From Octopus vulgaris (lineage: Eukaryota), in the NCBI GenBank assembly GCA_951406725.2, contig OX597824.1:29636001-29700000 (forward strand): a DNA stretch of 64,000 nt. Direction: 5' to 3'. A model generated the notes under the pieces. It worked only from the letters and a program-made list of their open reading frames with translations. It had not been told where the DNA came from and searched no databases. Each line of letters begins with the position of its first letter. Position 1 is the stretch's first letter. Of this stretch, positions 41,722-55,840 are shown one piece after another. The translations under genes were made by a program, and so were the position numbers.

Positions 41722-41932
41722 CAGTGGTCCCCAACCATTCTTTACCAATAGACCCCTTTGATTCTTATTTAAGTCTTCCGGACATCCATAGCCATTTTAT
41801 GTTTAAAATTATTAGATATTTTATAAAAAGAATTTAAATATTTTGTGTATTGTAAAACCATTGCGTATAAATTTTAACAAATTTTTTTAAGGGATCCCCA
41901 AGGGCTATATGGACACCATTTGAGAACCACAG
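41722..41932. mobile_element. hAT (Charlie-like) MITE
   Basis: Terminal inverted repeats cagtggtccccaac / ttgagaaccacag; degenerate 8-bp TSD ccctaacc/ctctaatg; sits in a SINE remnant; a related 3' end lies near 55540-55580. Confidence 0.6.
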
Positions 41933-43199
41933 CTCTAATGACTAATCCACGCGCCTTCAATCAAGTTGGCAAAAATGAGTAGTACATGAATTTCAAAGGA
42001 CCAGTTTTTTCACATTTCCTGTCATGCTGATCACCCTAAGAACTACGTTACGGGCACGCATGTCTATAGATTGCTCAGCGACTTGCACGTTAATTTCATG
42101 AGCAGGTTGTCCTGTTGAACAAAGTATGGCTGAAGTTATACTTGTTGACGCATTCTTTGTATAAATATTGGAGAATTTGAATTCTGTGAAGTTTCTATAG
42201 AATTAGGTACCTCTTGGTTCTTGGCTTTGCTTTTTTTTTTTTTTTCAATTCTATACAGTCTTGGTAAATTTGAAATATTCTAACTTTATTTTCGGATAAG
42301 TCTTTTTGGTTCCCTATACTCATCAACTACTTGTATATCTATGGGTCTCTAAGGGGATTTTCTATTTGCCTGTAGCTGTCTTCGATGCACTGATTCGATA
42401 CCATTTTTCTCCGTTGTTTGCTCCACAAGCTTTAGGGGTACAGACATTAAGACCCCGCCCCTCTTATCTGTTACACCTACACAGAAAGATACTCTCGCAT
42501 TTTCTTTCGGCTCTTGTCAGTCTCTTCTGAAACTGATTAATTGATGGTCTCTGAAACTGATTAACGCTTTCATCGCCACCACCACTGCTGCTGCTGCTCT
42601 TCCTCCTCCTCCTCCTCCTCCTCCCCCTCCAGATGATGATGATTATGATGACGACGAGATCGTAGGCCAAAATAGCAGTTCCAGGAGTATCCATGTCCAA
42701 GATTCTTCTATAGAATCTACGTCCAAATTCTTCTACTACCGCAACTAATGGTAGTGGCGGCGGTGGTGGGGAAGTGGTGGTGCAGGTGCCCTTGTTGTTG
42801 GATTCATTGTTGCAGTTGCCCATTCCAACAGTTATGATAGTGGTAGTGATCGTGCGGTTGTGAAAAAAAAAACCTACTTTCACTTTTAAAGACACGGTGT
42901 GAGCATGCTTTTCTGGAAGAATGCAACGAGAGTTCCTTCCAAATTTTTTTCTTTCTCTCTTTTTGTAACTTATCTTACCGAATTCTTTTCCTCGTCATAT
43001 GATGGGAAGAGAGGAAGGCAGTTTTTACGACATTTTCCAATTTCGGTGTAAACATTTCTAAAAAAATATTCATCGTTTGAAGGGCTCGATTCATGAAAGT
43101 AACCACAAAGTTTGGTTCCCAGCAACATCTGCAATGAATACGCAATATTAAAAATTTAAGATAACAAACCCCTAAATGACTAATCAAATGAAATGACTC

Positions 43200-44031
43200 G
43201 CAAAGCAGCAAAGAAGGAGGAAAAGGAAACGAAGAAGGAAGAGGAGGAGATTGAGACGATGGAGGAAGAGGAGGAGGAGGAGGGTGATGATGAGGAAGAA
43301 GAAAATAATGAAAAGAAGAAAAAGGAGACAAAGAAGGAAGAGGAGATAATGACAATGGAGGAGGAGGAGGAGGAGGAGGAGGAGGTGGTGGTGGTGGTGG
43401 TGGTGGTGGTGGTGGTGGTGGTGGTATTTGAGGGGGGCAGGAGGGGATGGGGGAGGGTGATGACGAGGAAGAAGAAAATAGTGCAAAAAAAGAAAGCGAA
43501 GACAAAGAAGGAAGAGGAGGAGAGGGGAGAGGGAAGAGGAAGAGATGACGAGGGTGGAGACGATGGAGGGGGAGGGGTTGATGATGAGGTAGAAGAAAAT
43601 AATACAAAAGAAGAGAAACGAAACGGAGGAAAAGAAGAGGAAGGAAGGGAGAAAGAGATGATGGTGAAGAAGAAGAAGGAGAAGAAGAAGAAGAAGAAGA
43701 AGAAGAAGAAGAAGAAGAAAAAGAAGAAGAAGAGGAGGCGGAGAAGAAGAAGAAGAAGAAGAAGAAGAAGAAGAAGAGGAGGCGGAGAAGAAGAAGAAGA
43801 GGAGGCGGAGAAGAAGAAGAAGAGGAGGCGGAGAAGAAGAAGAAGAAGAGGAGGCGGAGAAGAAGAAGAAGAAGAAGAAGAAGAAGAAGAAGAAGAAGAA
43901 GAAGAAGAAGAAGAAGAAGAAGAAGAAGAAGAAGAAGAAGAAGAGGAGGCGGAGAAGAAGAAGAAGAAGAAGAAGAAGAAGAAGAAGAAGAAGAGGAGGC
44001 GGAGAAGAAGAAGAAGAAGAAGAAGAAGAAG

Positions 44032-44063
<32 letters not shown>

Positions 44064-44313
44064 GAAGTAGAAGTAGAAGAAGAAGAAGAAGAAGAAGAAG
44101 AAGAAGAAGAAGAAGAAGAAGAAGAAGAAGAAGAGAAGAAGAAGAAGAAGAAGAAGAAGAAGAAGAAGAAGAAGAAGAGGCGGGGAAGAAGAAGAAGAAG
44201 AAGAAGAAGAAGAAGAAGAGGCGGAGAAGAAGAAGAAGAAGAGGCGGAGAAGAAGAAGAAGAAGAGGCGGAGAAGAAGAAGAAGAAGAAGAGGCGGAGAA
44301 GAAGAAGAAGAAG

Positions 44314-44345
<32 letters not shown>

Positions 44346-44350
44346 GAAGA
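43200..44350. repeat. Long polypurine (GAA/GAG/GGT)n low-complexity tract
   Basis: Seen directly; source of the 424-aa and 427-aa ORFs. Confidence 0.95.
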
Positions 44351-44928
44351 AACAGGGCGACTACAACGATAACAACAACATCAACAATAACGACAATAAC
44401 TTCCCTGCACTTGGGCGATTTATACGAGATTTGTCTTGAATACTCCACATGGCCCTCGCTCAATTGAGATCCACTTAATCAGCCCCGTTAATATCACACC
44501 TGTGTGGAGTTGAGAGAGAGCGCGGGGGAGAGAGAGAGAGGGTAGAGCTCGTACTGCCACTACTGTTAATGGTAACTCAGAGCAATATCAATATTGTCCA
44601 CCACACACCTGTGTGTCCTCAATATTGTGTTGACTTTGAGTGGAATTCGTAATAGTAATAATTCTTCTTTCATTGTTGATCAATCGTTTCATATGATTGT
44701 GGTGCTACGAATATTGCTATTGTCTTGTTTATGGCTTTACCTGTGTGGGAGTATGTATGCATGTGTGTGTATACGTACACACACACACATGTATATGTGC
44801 ATGCATGTATATATGTACATATGTATATTATATATGTATATACTTGTATATAATATATATATGTATATATATATTATATATTATATATATGTATATATAT
44901 ATATATTATATGACACGTGCATGTGTAC

Positions 44929-45011
<83 letters not shown>

Positions 45012-45088
45012 TGTATGTGTGCGTGTGTGAACGGTTATAGGTACATGTATATGCATATATATATATAAATATACATATCTATATATGA

Positions 45089-45126
<38 letters not shown>

Positions 45127-45438
45127 TATATATTCATATAATGTATATGAATAAGTATATATAAATACGTATGTGCATGGATATATATATATATATATAT
45201 ATATGTATATGAATAGGTATATATAAATATGTATGCGCATGAATGTATATGTGCGTGTGTTTGTATGCGGAGAGAGAGAGAGAGAGAGACGATGAGATAG
45301 CTAAACATGTAGGTGCGTACGTGTGAGGATATCTATGTGGGTGTCTTTGTGTGTGTCTGCATATGGGTGTGTGTCTCTGTGTCTTTATATTCTTCTCTTT
45401 ACCTTTGTATATCTGTATTCACACTTCTCGAGCCACCA

Positions 45439-45477
<39 letters not shown>

Positions 45478-45510
45478 CTGTCCATCTATCTATTTCTCCG
45501 CCTTCCCTCA

Positions 45511-45551
<41 letters not shown>

Positions 45552-46014
45552 ATCTATCTATCTCTCTCTCTCTCTCTGTCTATTTATCTCTCTATCTACC
45601 TATCTATCTGTCTATCTATCTACACACGCCTTTGACGTATTATATATCTTTCGGCCTCAAAGAGATCAATGAAGCGCATAATTGGCGCATAATACAAGAG
45701 TAGGAGTGATGAAAGATTGTAATCTCTCACTCACTCTCACGTTTTTTCTGCTCTCACTCACACTCTCACCATACATATTACGCCCCCCCCTCCTTTCGCT
45801 CGCACATGTTTCGTTCTTTCAAGATTAAGTAGATTTATTTTGTTTGATATGGTGATTTGAACCGAAGTATTTCACAGATGTGTGTATATATGCATACGCT
45901 CGCATGTGACTGAGTTTGTTCATATAAAAGAGTGCGTATGTGTGTGTGTGTGTGTGTGTGAACTTCTGTGTATCTGTGTGCATTGCAATATGCCTATAAT
46001 ATTTGCGTTGTTGT

Positions 46015-46400
46015 AAAGACGGCGAGCTGGTAGAAACTTAAGCGCGTCGAACAAAATGCTTAGCGGCATTTCGTCTATCTTTACGTTCTGCGTTTAAATT
46101 CCACCGAGGACAATATTGAGTTCACTCCCTTTGGAGTCGATAAAATAAGTACCAGTTGAACAATGGGTTAGATGGAATCGTCTTAGCCCTGCCCTAAAAT
46201 TGCTGCCAATATTTGTGTTGTTGCAAGGCGGTGAGCAGACAGGATCATCAGCAATGCTTAGCATATTTTCGTCCGCCTCCTCTGAATCCACTCACAAAGG
46301 TTTGGTCAGCCCGAGGCTATAGCAGCATCGGTGCCATGCAGTGAGACTGATCCTGGAACCATGGGCTTGGGAACCAAAATTCTTACCACAAAATCCCTCT
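46015..46400. mobile_element. SINE B (plus) with a second head fragment, joined to the 5' part of SINE A (minus)
   Basis: gacggcgagctggtagaa...gagtcgataaaataagtaccagttg; then tccactcacaaagg...ggtcagcccgaggctat. Confidence 0.7.
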
Positions 46401-46907
46401 TGCGGCTTTACACCCATACACACACACACATATACACACATACACGCATACATGATGATTGTTCCATCTTTCCAAACGATAATCGTCTGATAGTAAAACA
46501 TCAGTATGTCAGATTAAGTGACAAAATCTTCCACAAAACACGGTCACCATAGTAGGTTCTCTTGACAGGTATTGCAAGATGACTGCAAGTTTTATATCAG
46601 AGTATCTTTTCCCCCACAAGAGCTGTCTTTATAGCAACCTTGCAAATTGTCTTCCAGTCCCATCAACGAAAATTAGTATTTAGTAGAGTATCTTCAAAGT
46701 GCTGTGTTATTACAATTCTCTTCTTCAATCTGGAATAACAAAGGTTGGCAGGTCAATATTTTAGATGTGTAATAATAATGATATACTCAAATATAAGGAG
46801 GCTTACATATATTATATCGTACACTGATACTGTCTGGACTATAATGCTCATTGATGGGTCAATGATTTTATATAGTTAAATATCATAGAACGCAAGCAAC
46901 AAACTCC

Positions 46908-46940
<33 letters not shown>

Positions 46941-46944
46941 TTGG

Positions 46945-47172
46945 AAGGCGACGAGCTGGCAGAAACGTTGGTACGCCGGGCGAAATGCGTAGCCGTATTT
47001 CGTCTGCCGTTACGTTCTAAGTTCAAATTCCGCCGAGGTCGATTTTGCCTTTCATCCTTCGGGGTTGATAAATTAAGTACCAGTTACTGGGGTCGATGTA
47101 ATCGACTTAATCCGTTTGCCTGTCCTTCTTTGTCCCCTCTATGTTTATCTCCTTGTGGGCAATAAAGGAATA
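46945..47172 (+). mobile_element. SINE B, full length
   Basis: aaggcgacgagctggcagaaacg...ttgtgggcaataaag. Confidence 0.9.
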
Positions 47173-47182
47173 ATATACATAC

Positions 47183-47215
<33 letters not shown>

Positions 47216-47300
47216 GGGGAGAATTCACAAACAAAGGCGAAAACAGGTGGTGTAGACAACAAACAGATGTATTAGTTTAACGCTCGGGAAGTGAAAATGT

Positions 47301-47336
47301 CTTTAACGTTTCGAGCCTACGCACTTCCACAGAAAG
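47301..47336 (-). ncRNA. Ultra-minimal hammerhead-like motif with non-canonical core, in a probable Penelope-like tail (47215-47500)
   Basis: CUUU-CUGUGGA-AGUGC-GUAG-GCUC-GAAAC-GUU/AAAG; A6 replaced by U; loopless palindromic stem III; element ends in (TA)n. Confidence 0.45.
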
Positions 47337-47507
47337 GAACACAGAAAGAAACACAGAGAGAAAATAAAGAATGTGTAGTGGCGAGCGATCAAATCATAGC
47401 GAATGCTGGACAGAGGGGTCACACAGGTCAGCTAAGAAGAAGGGGAGTTAATAAAGTAGTGGTGATCCCCAAATGAAGATGGGCGTTCGTGTGTATAAGA
47501 GAGCATG

Positions 47508-47558
<51 letters not shown>

Positions 47559-47969
47559 GTATGTATATATATGGGGGCATATGTGTGCAGGCTTACCCAC
47601 GAAAACTAATCAAATATGCATATTCAGATTTTGGGCATGACTTGAGGTAAGCTGGTGTTCTGAGCAACCAGGTTCGTGCATTCCATCCTGTGAGTTCATT
47701 ACCAAGCTTCCTTCTAAGGAATATATATCATTATTATCAAACAGATATACATAAATGTGGAAATATATACACATAATATGAGTGTGTGTGTGAACGGATA
47801 TAAGTACATATATATGCATATATATAAATATGCATATCTATATATGCATGTAAATATATATATATGTATATGCATATATATATATATATATATATATATG
47901 TACGTATGTGTGTATATATGTATATGTATGTATGTATATATATATATATAGGTGTGTATATGTATATGA

Positions 47970-48042
<73 letters not shown>

Positions 48043-48347
48043 TATATATATATATATATATATATTCATATACATGTATACACATATATCCATATATGAA
48101 CACATATATGCGTATTAACGTACATACATATGTGCATATACAACTACACATACACGCACAAATATTTACATATATATACACACACACGCACAGAAAATCA
48201 TATATGTATGCGAACACGTACATCTCAAATATTTATTTTAAAATAAGCATGCAAGTATATATATATATATGTGTGTATATATACTTATATACATATATTC
48301 ATATATATAGATATATATATGTACATATAAATGTGTGTGAATATATC

Positions 48348-48389
<42 letters not shown>

Positions 48390-49311
48390 TGTGTGTGTGT
48401 GAATGTGTGTGTATAGATAGATAGACAGACAGACACAGATAGCCAAACAGACAGACTACAATGTACTCCGATATATACGAGTACATGTATATTTTCTATA
48501 TAAGTGTGCACATATGTACACCAAATTCTACATTCGTATATATATATGTATACACTTGTATATGTATGTGTGTGTGTGTATATGTATATATATAGCTATG
48601 TATGTATATATATAGCAATGTATGTATGGATATACATATACATATATATATACACATGTAGTATATACATAAGAAATTTATATATGTGTATTTCGTTTAT
48701 CTTTATGCATGCATATTTTGTATAGCTAGATCGATAGATCGATAGATATGAGTGTGTACCTATACGTATATATATGCATATATATATATATACATACATA
48801 CATATATATATTTCTATGTATATATTTAGATATGTATATATTCATGCATGTATCTATGTATATACGTATATAGTCTGACTTATGAGTGTCGAGGTTTATC
48901 GATACTCAATGCAAACACATAGACACTCGCGCAATCAATTTCGTACTTTTAGACAATTAATATGCAGACACATTAGTAAAAATATAACTTAAAGTTTACA
49001 CTGATATATACCTATATATACATATATATACATGTGTGTGTATATATGTGTATGTATTATGTATGTATGGATGGATGGATACATACATGTATGCGCGTGT
49101 GTGAGCGTTTCAGTGCTATATAAAAATATATATGTCAAAATATAATCATATATATTCAAATTTATATACATTTTTAAATGAGTCAGATTGTAGACTTACA
49201 TATATGTATACGCACATACACACACACACACACACATATATAAATATATATATATATTTACACATATGTACAATTATATACCTATGTTTATATGCAAGTG
49301 CTATGTATGTT

Positions 49312-49395
<84 letters not shown>

Positions 49396-49413
49396 TTAAT
49401 AAATATATACATA

Positions 49414-49447
<34 letters not shown>

Positions 49448-49709
49448 TATATATATATACAATAACGTTTAGCCTATCAACAGAAAGATATACAGAGAGA
49501 GAAAAACACAGAAGAAGGAGAAAAAAATGCGTGCATATAATATCAACATATATATATATATACACGAAATAGAGGGAGATAATAGGGTTGATAATACATA
49601 CATATGTGTGTATGTATAGGGTTGGTGTATATATATATTATATATATGTGTGTGTGTATGTGAGTGTGTAACATTTGTACGTGTCTATAAATGAGTATCC
49701 ATATACATC

Positions 49710-49740
<31 letters not shown>

Positions 49741-49870
49741 TTGGATATAAGTGTATGTACATACCTATATATAAATAGTTAAACCTATGCCTGTATGAAT
49801 CGATATTTCCATAGTTTTCCTTGCATTGTAAATGTGTGTATACACACATACCAATGCATTTATAAATATA

Positions 49871-50233
49871 CTAGCAGTATCGCCCGGCGTTGCTCGGGAT
49901 TGTAAGGGAAATTACTATAAAGCATTTTTAGAGAGTTATAGCCAAAAAATGGAAAAAAAATTATGGTAAATTTTTTTTTAGTTAAAAAGGTCGAGTTGCT
50001 AAAGTCTGTGGTTTGTGTTTCTGATTCTCGACCCCATGTCGAATGTATCGATTTTTTTCAGAACTGGGGGAACTTTTCAAAATTTTCGCTGCGTTAGTTT
50101 TGAATTATGACATTGGGCTATGTGTGTGTCAAGTTTCATCAGAATCGGTTGAAAGCCGTGGTCAGGGTGAGGGTACAACCTAACAGACACACAGAAACAC
50201 ACACAGACAAACTGCCGTTTATATATAGAGAGA
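49871..50233 (-). mobile_element. Complete non-autonomous Helitron
   Basis: Minus strand begins TCTCTCTATATAT, ends with hairpin cccgagcaacgccggg then atactgCTAG, inserted between A and T with no TSD. Confidence 0.88.
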
Positions 50234-50265
50234 TAAACATGAATGAGTACATTTATATAAATTCC

Positions 50266-50329
<64 letters not shown>

Positions 50330-50363
50330 CATATCATATATATATATATATATATACATACGT

Positions 50364-50410
<47 letters not shown>

Positions 50411-50543
50411 ATATAAGGGATATTAGCCAACCAAATATGGCTAGGGACAGGGCAGGGTGGTGGGGGTGTCACTGTTGCATAGTGACACCCCCACCACCCT
50501 GCCCTGTCCCTAGCCATATTCGGTTGGCTAATATCCCTTATAT
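50411..50543. repeat. GC-rich palindrome, 63-bp arms, 7-nt loop
   Basis: 50411-50473 and 50481-50543 are reverse complements with one mismatch; inside (TA)n. Confidence 0.9.
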
Positions 50544-50583
50544 TACGGAGCAGTCACTGTCTATATCTCATTTAGAGAATTAT

Positions 50584-50617
<34 letters not shown>

Positions 50618-51090
50618 ATATATATATGTATGTATATATATAGAAAACGGGATTCTTCCCGTTTCCGTCAAGCAAATCCACTCATAAGGCTTTGGTCGCC
50701 CGAGATTATAGAAGAAGACTATAATCATAGTCGAAGGTGCCATGTAGTGGGACTGAACCCTAGACCATGTACTTGAGATGCAAGCTTCTTACTGCACACC
50801 AACTCCTTCACCTATGTGTACATTTATATAAGAAAATATACATACATATTTGTATGTATTCATGTACATACATATGTATACATATATGTATGCATCCATC
50901 CACATATTCATCTATACACATACAATCTGTTATACATGTTTGTGCCTATGTGTATTTAAATACAACACCGTATATGTATTTCTCTTTATGTATATATGTA
51001 TCTATCTATCTATTTATTTATATATAAGTAAACATATATAAATATATATATACATACATATGTATATATACATGCATACATATATATATA

Positions 51091-51145
<55 letters not shown>

Positions 51146-51292
51146 TATATGATTAGGGTTATAATTATAGTTATGTGGATAATTTTACCTATAAAGGTTA
51201 TTTTAACGTAGCGATCTACTTCGTAAAATTGTTAATTAATTGATTAATCAATTAATTAATTTAATTAATACATTTGACCCTTCTATTATTAA

Positions 51293-51396
<104 letters not shown>

Positions 51397-51460
51397 ACTG
51401 TATACATAACCCGAAATTGCTATCCGTGTGCCAAAACTATCATTATAATAATTATTATTA

Positions 51461-51545
<85 letters not shown>

Positions 51546-51774
51546 CATTATTATTATTATTATTATTATTTCGCTTAGACATAGCTCTTGTAATAAAACC
51601 TGGCGCTAGCTCTCATTATACACTTGCTTAAGATATATATTTATGTAAATACATAGGTATGTATATATATGTGTGTACGTGCATAAGTACATTCATTACG
51701 GCATGCCTACATACAGACAGGCATACATACATATACACATACACACACATAGACATACATACAACATACATAAT

Positions 51775-52160
51775 CTTTTACTCTTTGACTTGTTTCAGTC
51801 ATTTGACAGCGACCATGCTGGAGCACCGCCTTTAGTCGAGCAAATCGACCCCCGGACTTATTCTTTGTAAGCCTAGTCCTCATTCTATCAGTCTCTTTTG
51901 CCGGGGACATAAACACACCAGTATCGGTTATCAAACGATGTTGGGGGGACAACACACAGACACACAAACATATACATACATATATATATACATATATACG
52001 ACGGGCTTCTTTTCAGTTTCCGCCTACCAAATCCACTCACAATGGATTTAGTCGGGCTGAGGCTATAGTAGAAGACACTTGTCCAAGTGCCACGCAGTGG
52101 GACTGAACCCGGAACCAAGTGGTTGATAAGCAAGCTACCTACCATACAGCAACTCCTGCA
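51775..52160 (-). mobile_element. SINE A
   Basis: Reverse-complement match to family A; a 5' fragment also lies at 50645-50812. Confidence 0.88.
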
Positions 52161-52576
52161 TACATATATCCATGCATTTATACATAGAGCATATTTCAAA
52201 TTTGCTTGCTTAATAGAGATGTTATAGGCGCCTGGTAAAACATGTTGCATTTTTACTTTTAAGTCTATATGTACTTATTTCATTAGCCGAGGAGATGAAG
52301 TTAATCTTCCTTTTTATCTGGCTCGATGAAGAATTTTCAGTTGAAGCGCAGGGCAAACTGCTCCTTATCTGTCTTAAACGGCCTTGATATTTCGCTGCGT
52401 CAACTGTAAGGGAGCCAAGATCCTCGACTAATATAAAACGCTACCAATTCAACGTGGGTTTCTAATGAAGTTTTGCTACTTTAAGTTTATTTGTATATAT
52501 GTGTAATTAAAAATGGCCGCAACGGTCGAGCTGAAACTAATAAAAGAATATATATCTGTATACATCATATACATAT

Positions 52577-52631
<55 letters not shown>

Positions 52632-52699
52632 AACACACACACACACACACACATATATTTTTTCATCTAGTGGCCATGCTGGGGCACCGCCATTTAGTG

Positions 52700-53000
52700 T
52701 TGCTACATAATTTTACTTCACGAATGCTCTTAGGAATTGACATTTGGTGCATGAGAGACTTTGATGCAGCCGCCCTCATCTGCACTTCCTGCCGCGAAGT
52801 TGGGACATCTGGGACACCTGACATGACGAGGTCCACTTTTATTTTGAAGACACCTACATCCTCCCCATGCAGGTCTCTCAAGTCCTTCGTGAGGATATTG
52901 ATGAGCTATGGACCTCTGAAGCCCACGGCTATTGCAGTATCTTGTCCTACATCTTGATGGCAATTTGGAGTCCTTGGCACTATGCAGTGGCGCCTAGTTC
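52700..53000 (-). mobile_element. 3' fragment of a second CR1-group LINE subfamily
   Basis: Minus strand RTRYCNS.G..GP.L.NIL...LRDLHGEDVGVFKIKVDL.MSGVPD.P resembles the C-terminus of the 5075-7179 RT (GPALFNIVP...FKRSLDRFLQGIPDKP). Confidence 0.7.
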
Positions 53001-53029
53001 TAGTATTTGTGTATATATATATATATACG

Positions 53030-54045
53030 TGGGAAAATGCGAGCAAGAGATATAATATACTTAAGATTATAAATCTGGAAATGTACAGGACAAGTTATTA
53101 CATCTGGTAAAGTATAGAACAAAAACAAAATTTAATTAAAATATTCCAGCTAAGGATAATATTCCAAATAAAATATTTAGATTTAGAAAATATTAGCTTT
53201 TATTAATACTAAAAATGTTATTCAAGTTACTACTTCTATTTGTTATTATTTTCTATTTCTAAGGCAGCAAGCTGGCGGAAACGCTAGCACACCGGGGGAA
53301 ATGCATATCGGTATTTCGTATGTCTTTATGTTCTCAATTCAAATTCTGCTGAGGTAGACTTCATCCTTTCATCCACAAGGCCCACAAAAGTTCGATCTTT
53401 GTTCCTAGAATAAAAAGATCACTTGTTATTTCTATTAAAAATAAACAATAACTCGATTAAAATATTTTTGCACTTTAAAAACATTATCTTTTTTATTTTT
53501 AATTAATTAATAATTAGAAATTTGAAAGTAGGTTATAAGAAATATTAGTAGCACATAGTTAGTACAATAAATAGAATAATACAAAAATTAGCTATATATT
53601 ACAGTAAAAATACCTATAACAACAAATTCACAGTAACATTTACCTGAATTATTGCCTCAGTTATTGCCAAGTCTTCACATTTATAGTCCTGACCTAATGC
53701 CTATTTTTTACATAATGAAATTGCCTGCTATATATACTATTCTACTTTGCCTAAAACTTTAGCTATATTGGTACTTATGGCTCTCATTTTTTAAATATTC
53801 TAGTGTGTCAATATTTTAACAAAATGATGATACCTTTTTTTAAATATAATGTTACTTATTTTTAATATATTTCATATTCAAATTTTATCCCTAGCTGTAA
53901 TATTTTAAGTAAAGATGCTTTTTGTTCTATACTTTACCACATGTAAAACCTTGTCCTGAACTTTTCCAAGTGTAATAACTTGTCCTGTACTTTTCCAGAT
54001 TTATAATCTTAAGAATATCATTTCTCTTCCTCGCATTTTTCCATG
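53030..54045. mobile_element. Old fold-back or MITE-like element with a nested SINE B fragment
   Basis: ggaaaatgcgag...cttaagattataaatctggaaa.gtacaggacaagttattaca...gtaaagtatagaacaaaaa is mirrored at about 53870-54045; SINE B at 53262-53410. Confidence 0.6.
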
Positions 54046-54894
54046 TAATCCATGTTTTTTTCTTGGGAATGCTATTATGCTAAGAGTGTCGTTGATCATT
54101 TTCCCTTACCCAATAATGCCAGTATCATATATCAAAAGACTCATTATAGAACTATATCAAAAAAAAGTATGGAACTATATTATCCCCCTCAAATTTGAGA
54201 AACAAACACTTATAACTTGTATCTTTTAAAACTTCAATGCATGATATTGATACCGTGAAATTCCTCGAGTTGAACATTATCATTTAAGCTTAATTAAAAT
54301 ATAGTTTGTTTTTAAATTTTTTGCCTTATATATTTTTCATCTTATTTTACGTCACAACTTTTTTATACAATTTTTTTCTTTTTTGCATTTCAAAACTATG
54401 AAATTCCTTATGCTTTCTTCTATCATTGAAGCTAAGATAAATATATTTTGTTTTTAAAATAAAAAAAAAAGTTATTTAGATCTAAACTTGATTGGAGGCG
54501 TTACTTACTCTCCTATAAAGTTGCTATAAATCTTTATGCAATTTTCTTCCTACTGGACTAAATCTCAATTTTCTATTCCAAAATGTAGCTAGGGACTATT
54601 CCTCTTCAAAAATCATGACAGATTTTAATTTGGTAAAGAATTGGATTAGTGACAAAGCTCTGAAAATGTTGCATATGAATAAATTGCGATCTTTAGAATA
54701 TTATTCAGCTACTACCATAGTTGAATGATATATGTATATATATATATATACATACATACATGCATACATATGTATATACATTATATACATGTATATATAC
54801 ATACATATATATGTATATATATATTTATGTATGTATATATTTTTTTTTCTAGTTTCAGCTCAGAGCTGCGGCCATGCTGATGCACCGCCGTTAA

Positions 54895-55052
54895 AAGAGT
54901 ACAGCAGGGATCACCACCACCCCCTGCCGGAGCCTCGTGGAGCTTTAGGTGTTTTCGCTCAATAAACACTCACAACGCCCGATCTGGGAATCGAAACCGC
55001 GATCATACGACCGTAAGTCCGCTGCCCTAACCACTGGGCCACTGCACCTCCA
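54895..55052 (-). mobile_element. SINE C 5' part
   Basis: Reverse complement of about 28195-28350. Confidence 0.85.
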
Positions 55053-55100
55053 CATATGTATACATAAATATAAATATATATATATATGTACATAAATATG

Positions 55101-55188
<88 letters not shown>

Positions 55189-55685
55189 AAACTGGTCAGA
55201 AGAAGACAAAGAATTCTTCAACACATCTTTACATATATATAACTTGCAGAGTCGTTTGCACTCCGACCTAATGCTTAGCTTCATCTCATCCGTCTTTACT
55301 TCATGAATTCAAATTCCGCCGAGTATGACCTTGCCTCTCATCATTTTGGGATCGATAAAATAAGTACCAGTTGAGCACTGGTGTCGATGTAATTGCAGGC
55401 CTTTTGCTTCAATTGTGTGTATATATATGTGTGTGTGTGTGTATACATATATATATATATTGTTAAAATTTGTTGCGTATTGTAGAAATATAACTAATTT
55501 ATTGCACATAAAATTTAGCAACAAAATCTTATATGTAACCCACATGGGCCATATATGGACCCTGGTTTAGGACCAATGTTCTACATCACAGTCAGTAAAG
55601 CACTACCCGATTTCTTGACATAAAGTCACTCAAAGTTACGCTCAAACCGCTGATTCACAGAAGGAGGCAATTTGACGCTGCTGTT

Positions 55686-55840
55686 TCTTCTTCTTCTTCT
55701 TCTTCTTCTTCTTCTTCTTCTTCTTCTTCTTCTTCTTCTTCTTCTTCTTCTTCTTCTTCTTCTTCTTCTTCTTCTTCTTTTTCTTCTTCTTCTTCTTCTT
55801 CTTCTTCTTCTTCTTCCTCTCCTTCCCCTTCTTCTTCTTC
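55686..55840. repeat. (CTT)n microsatellite
   Basis: Seen directly. Confidence 0.95.

Noticed and set aside
43180-44467. 424-aa and 427-aa ORFs on opposite strands
   Set aside because: Translations of a (GAA/GAG)n tract; homopolymeric runs only, no domain
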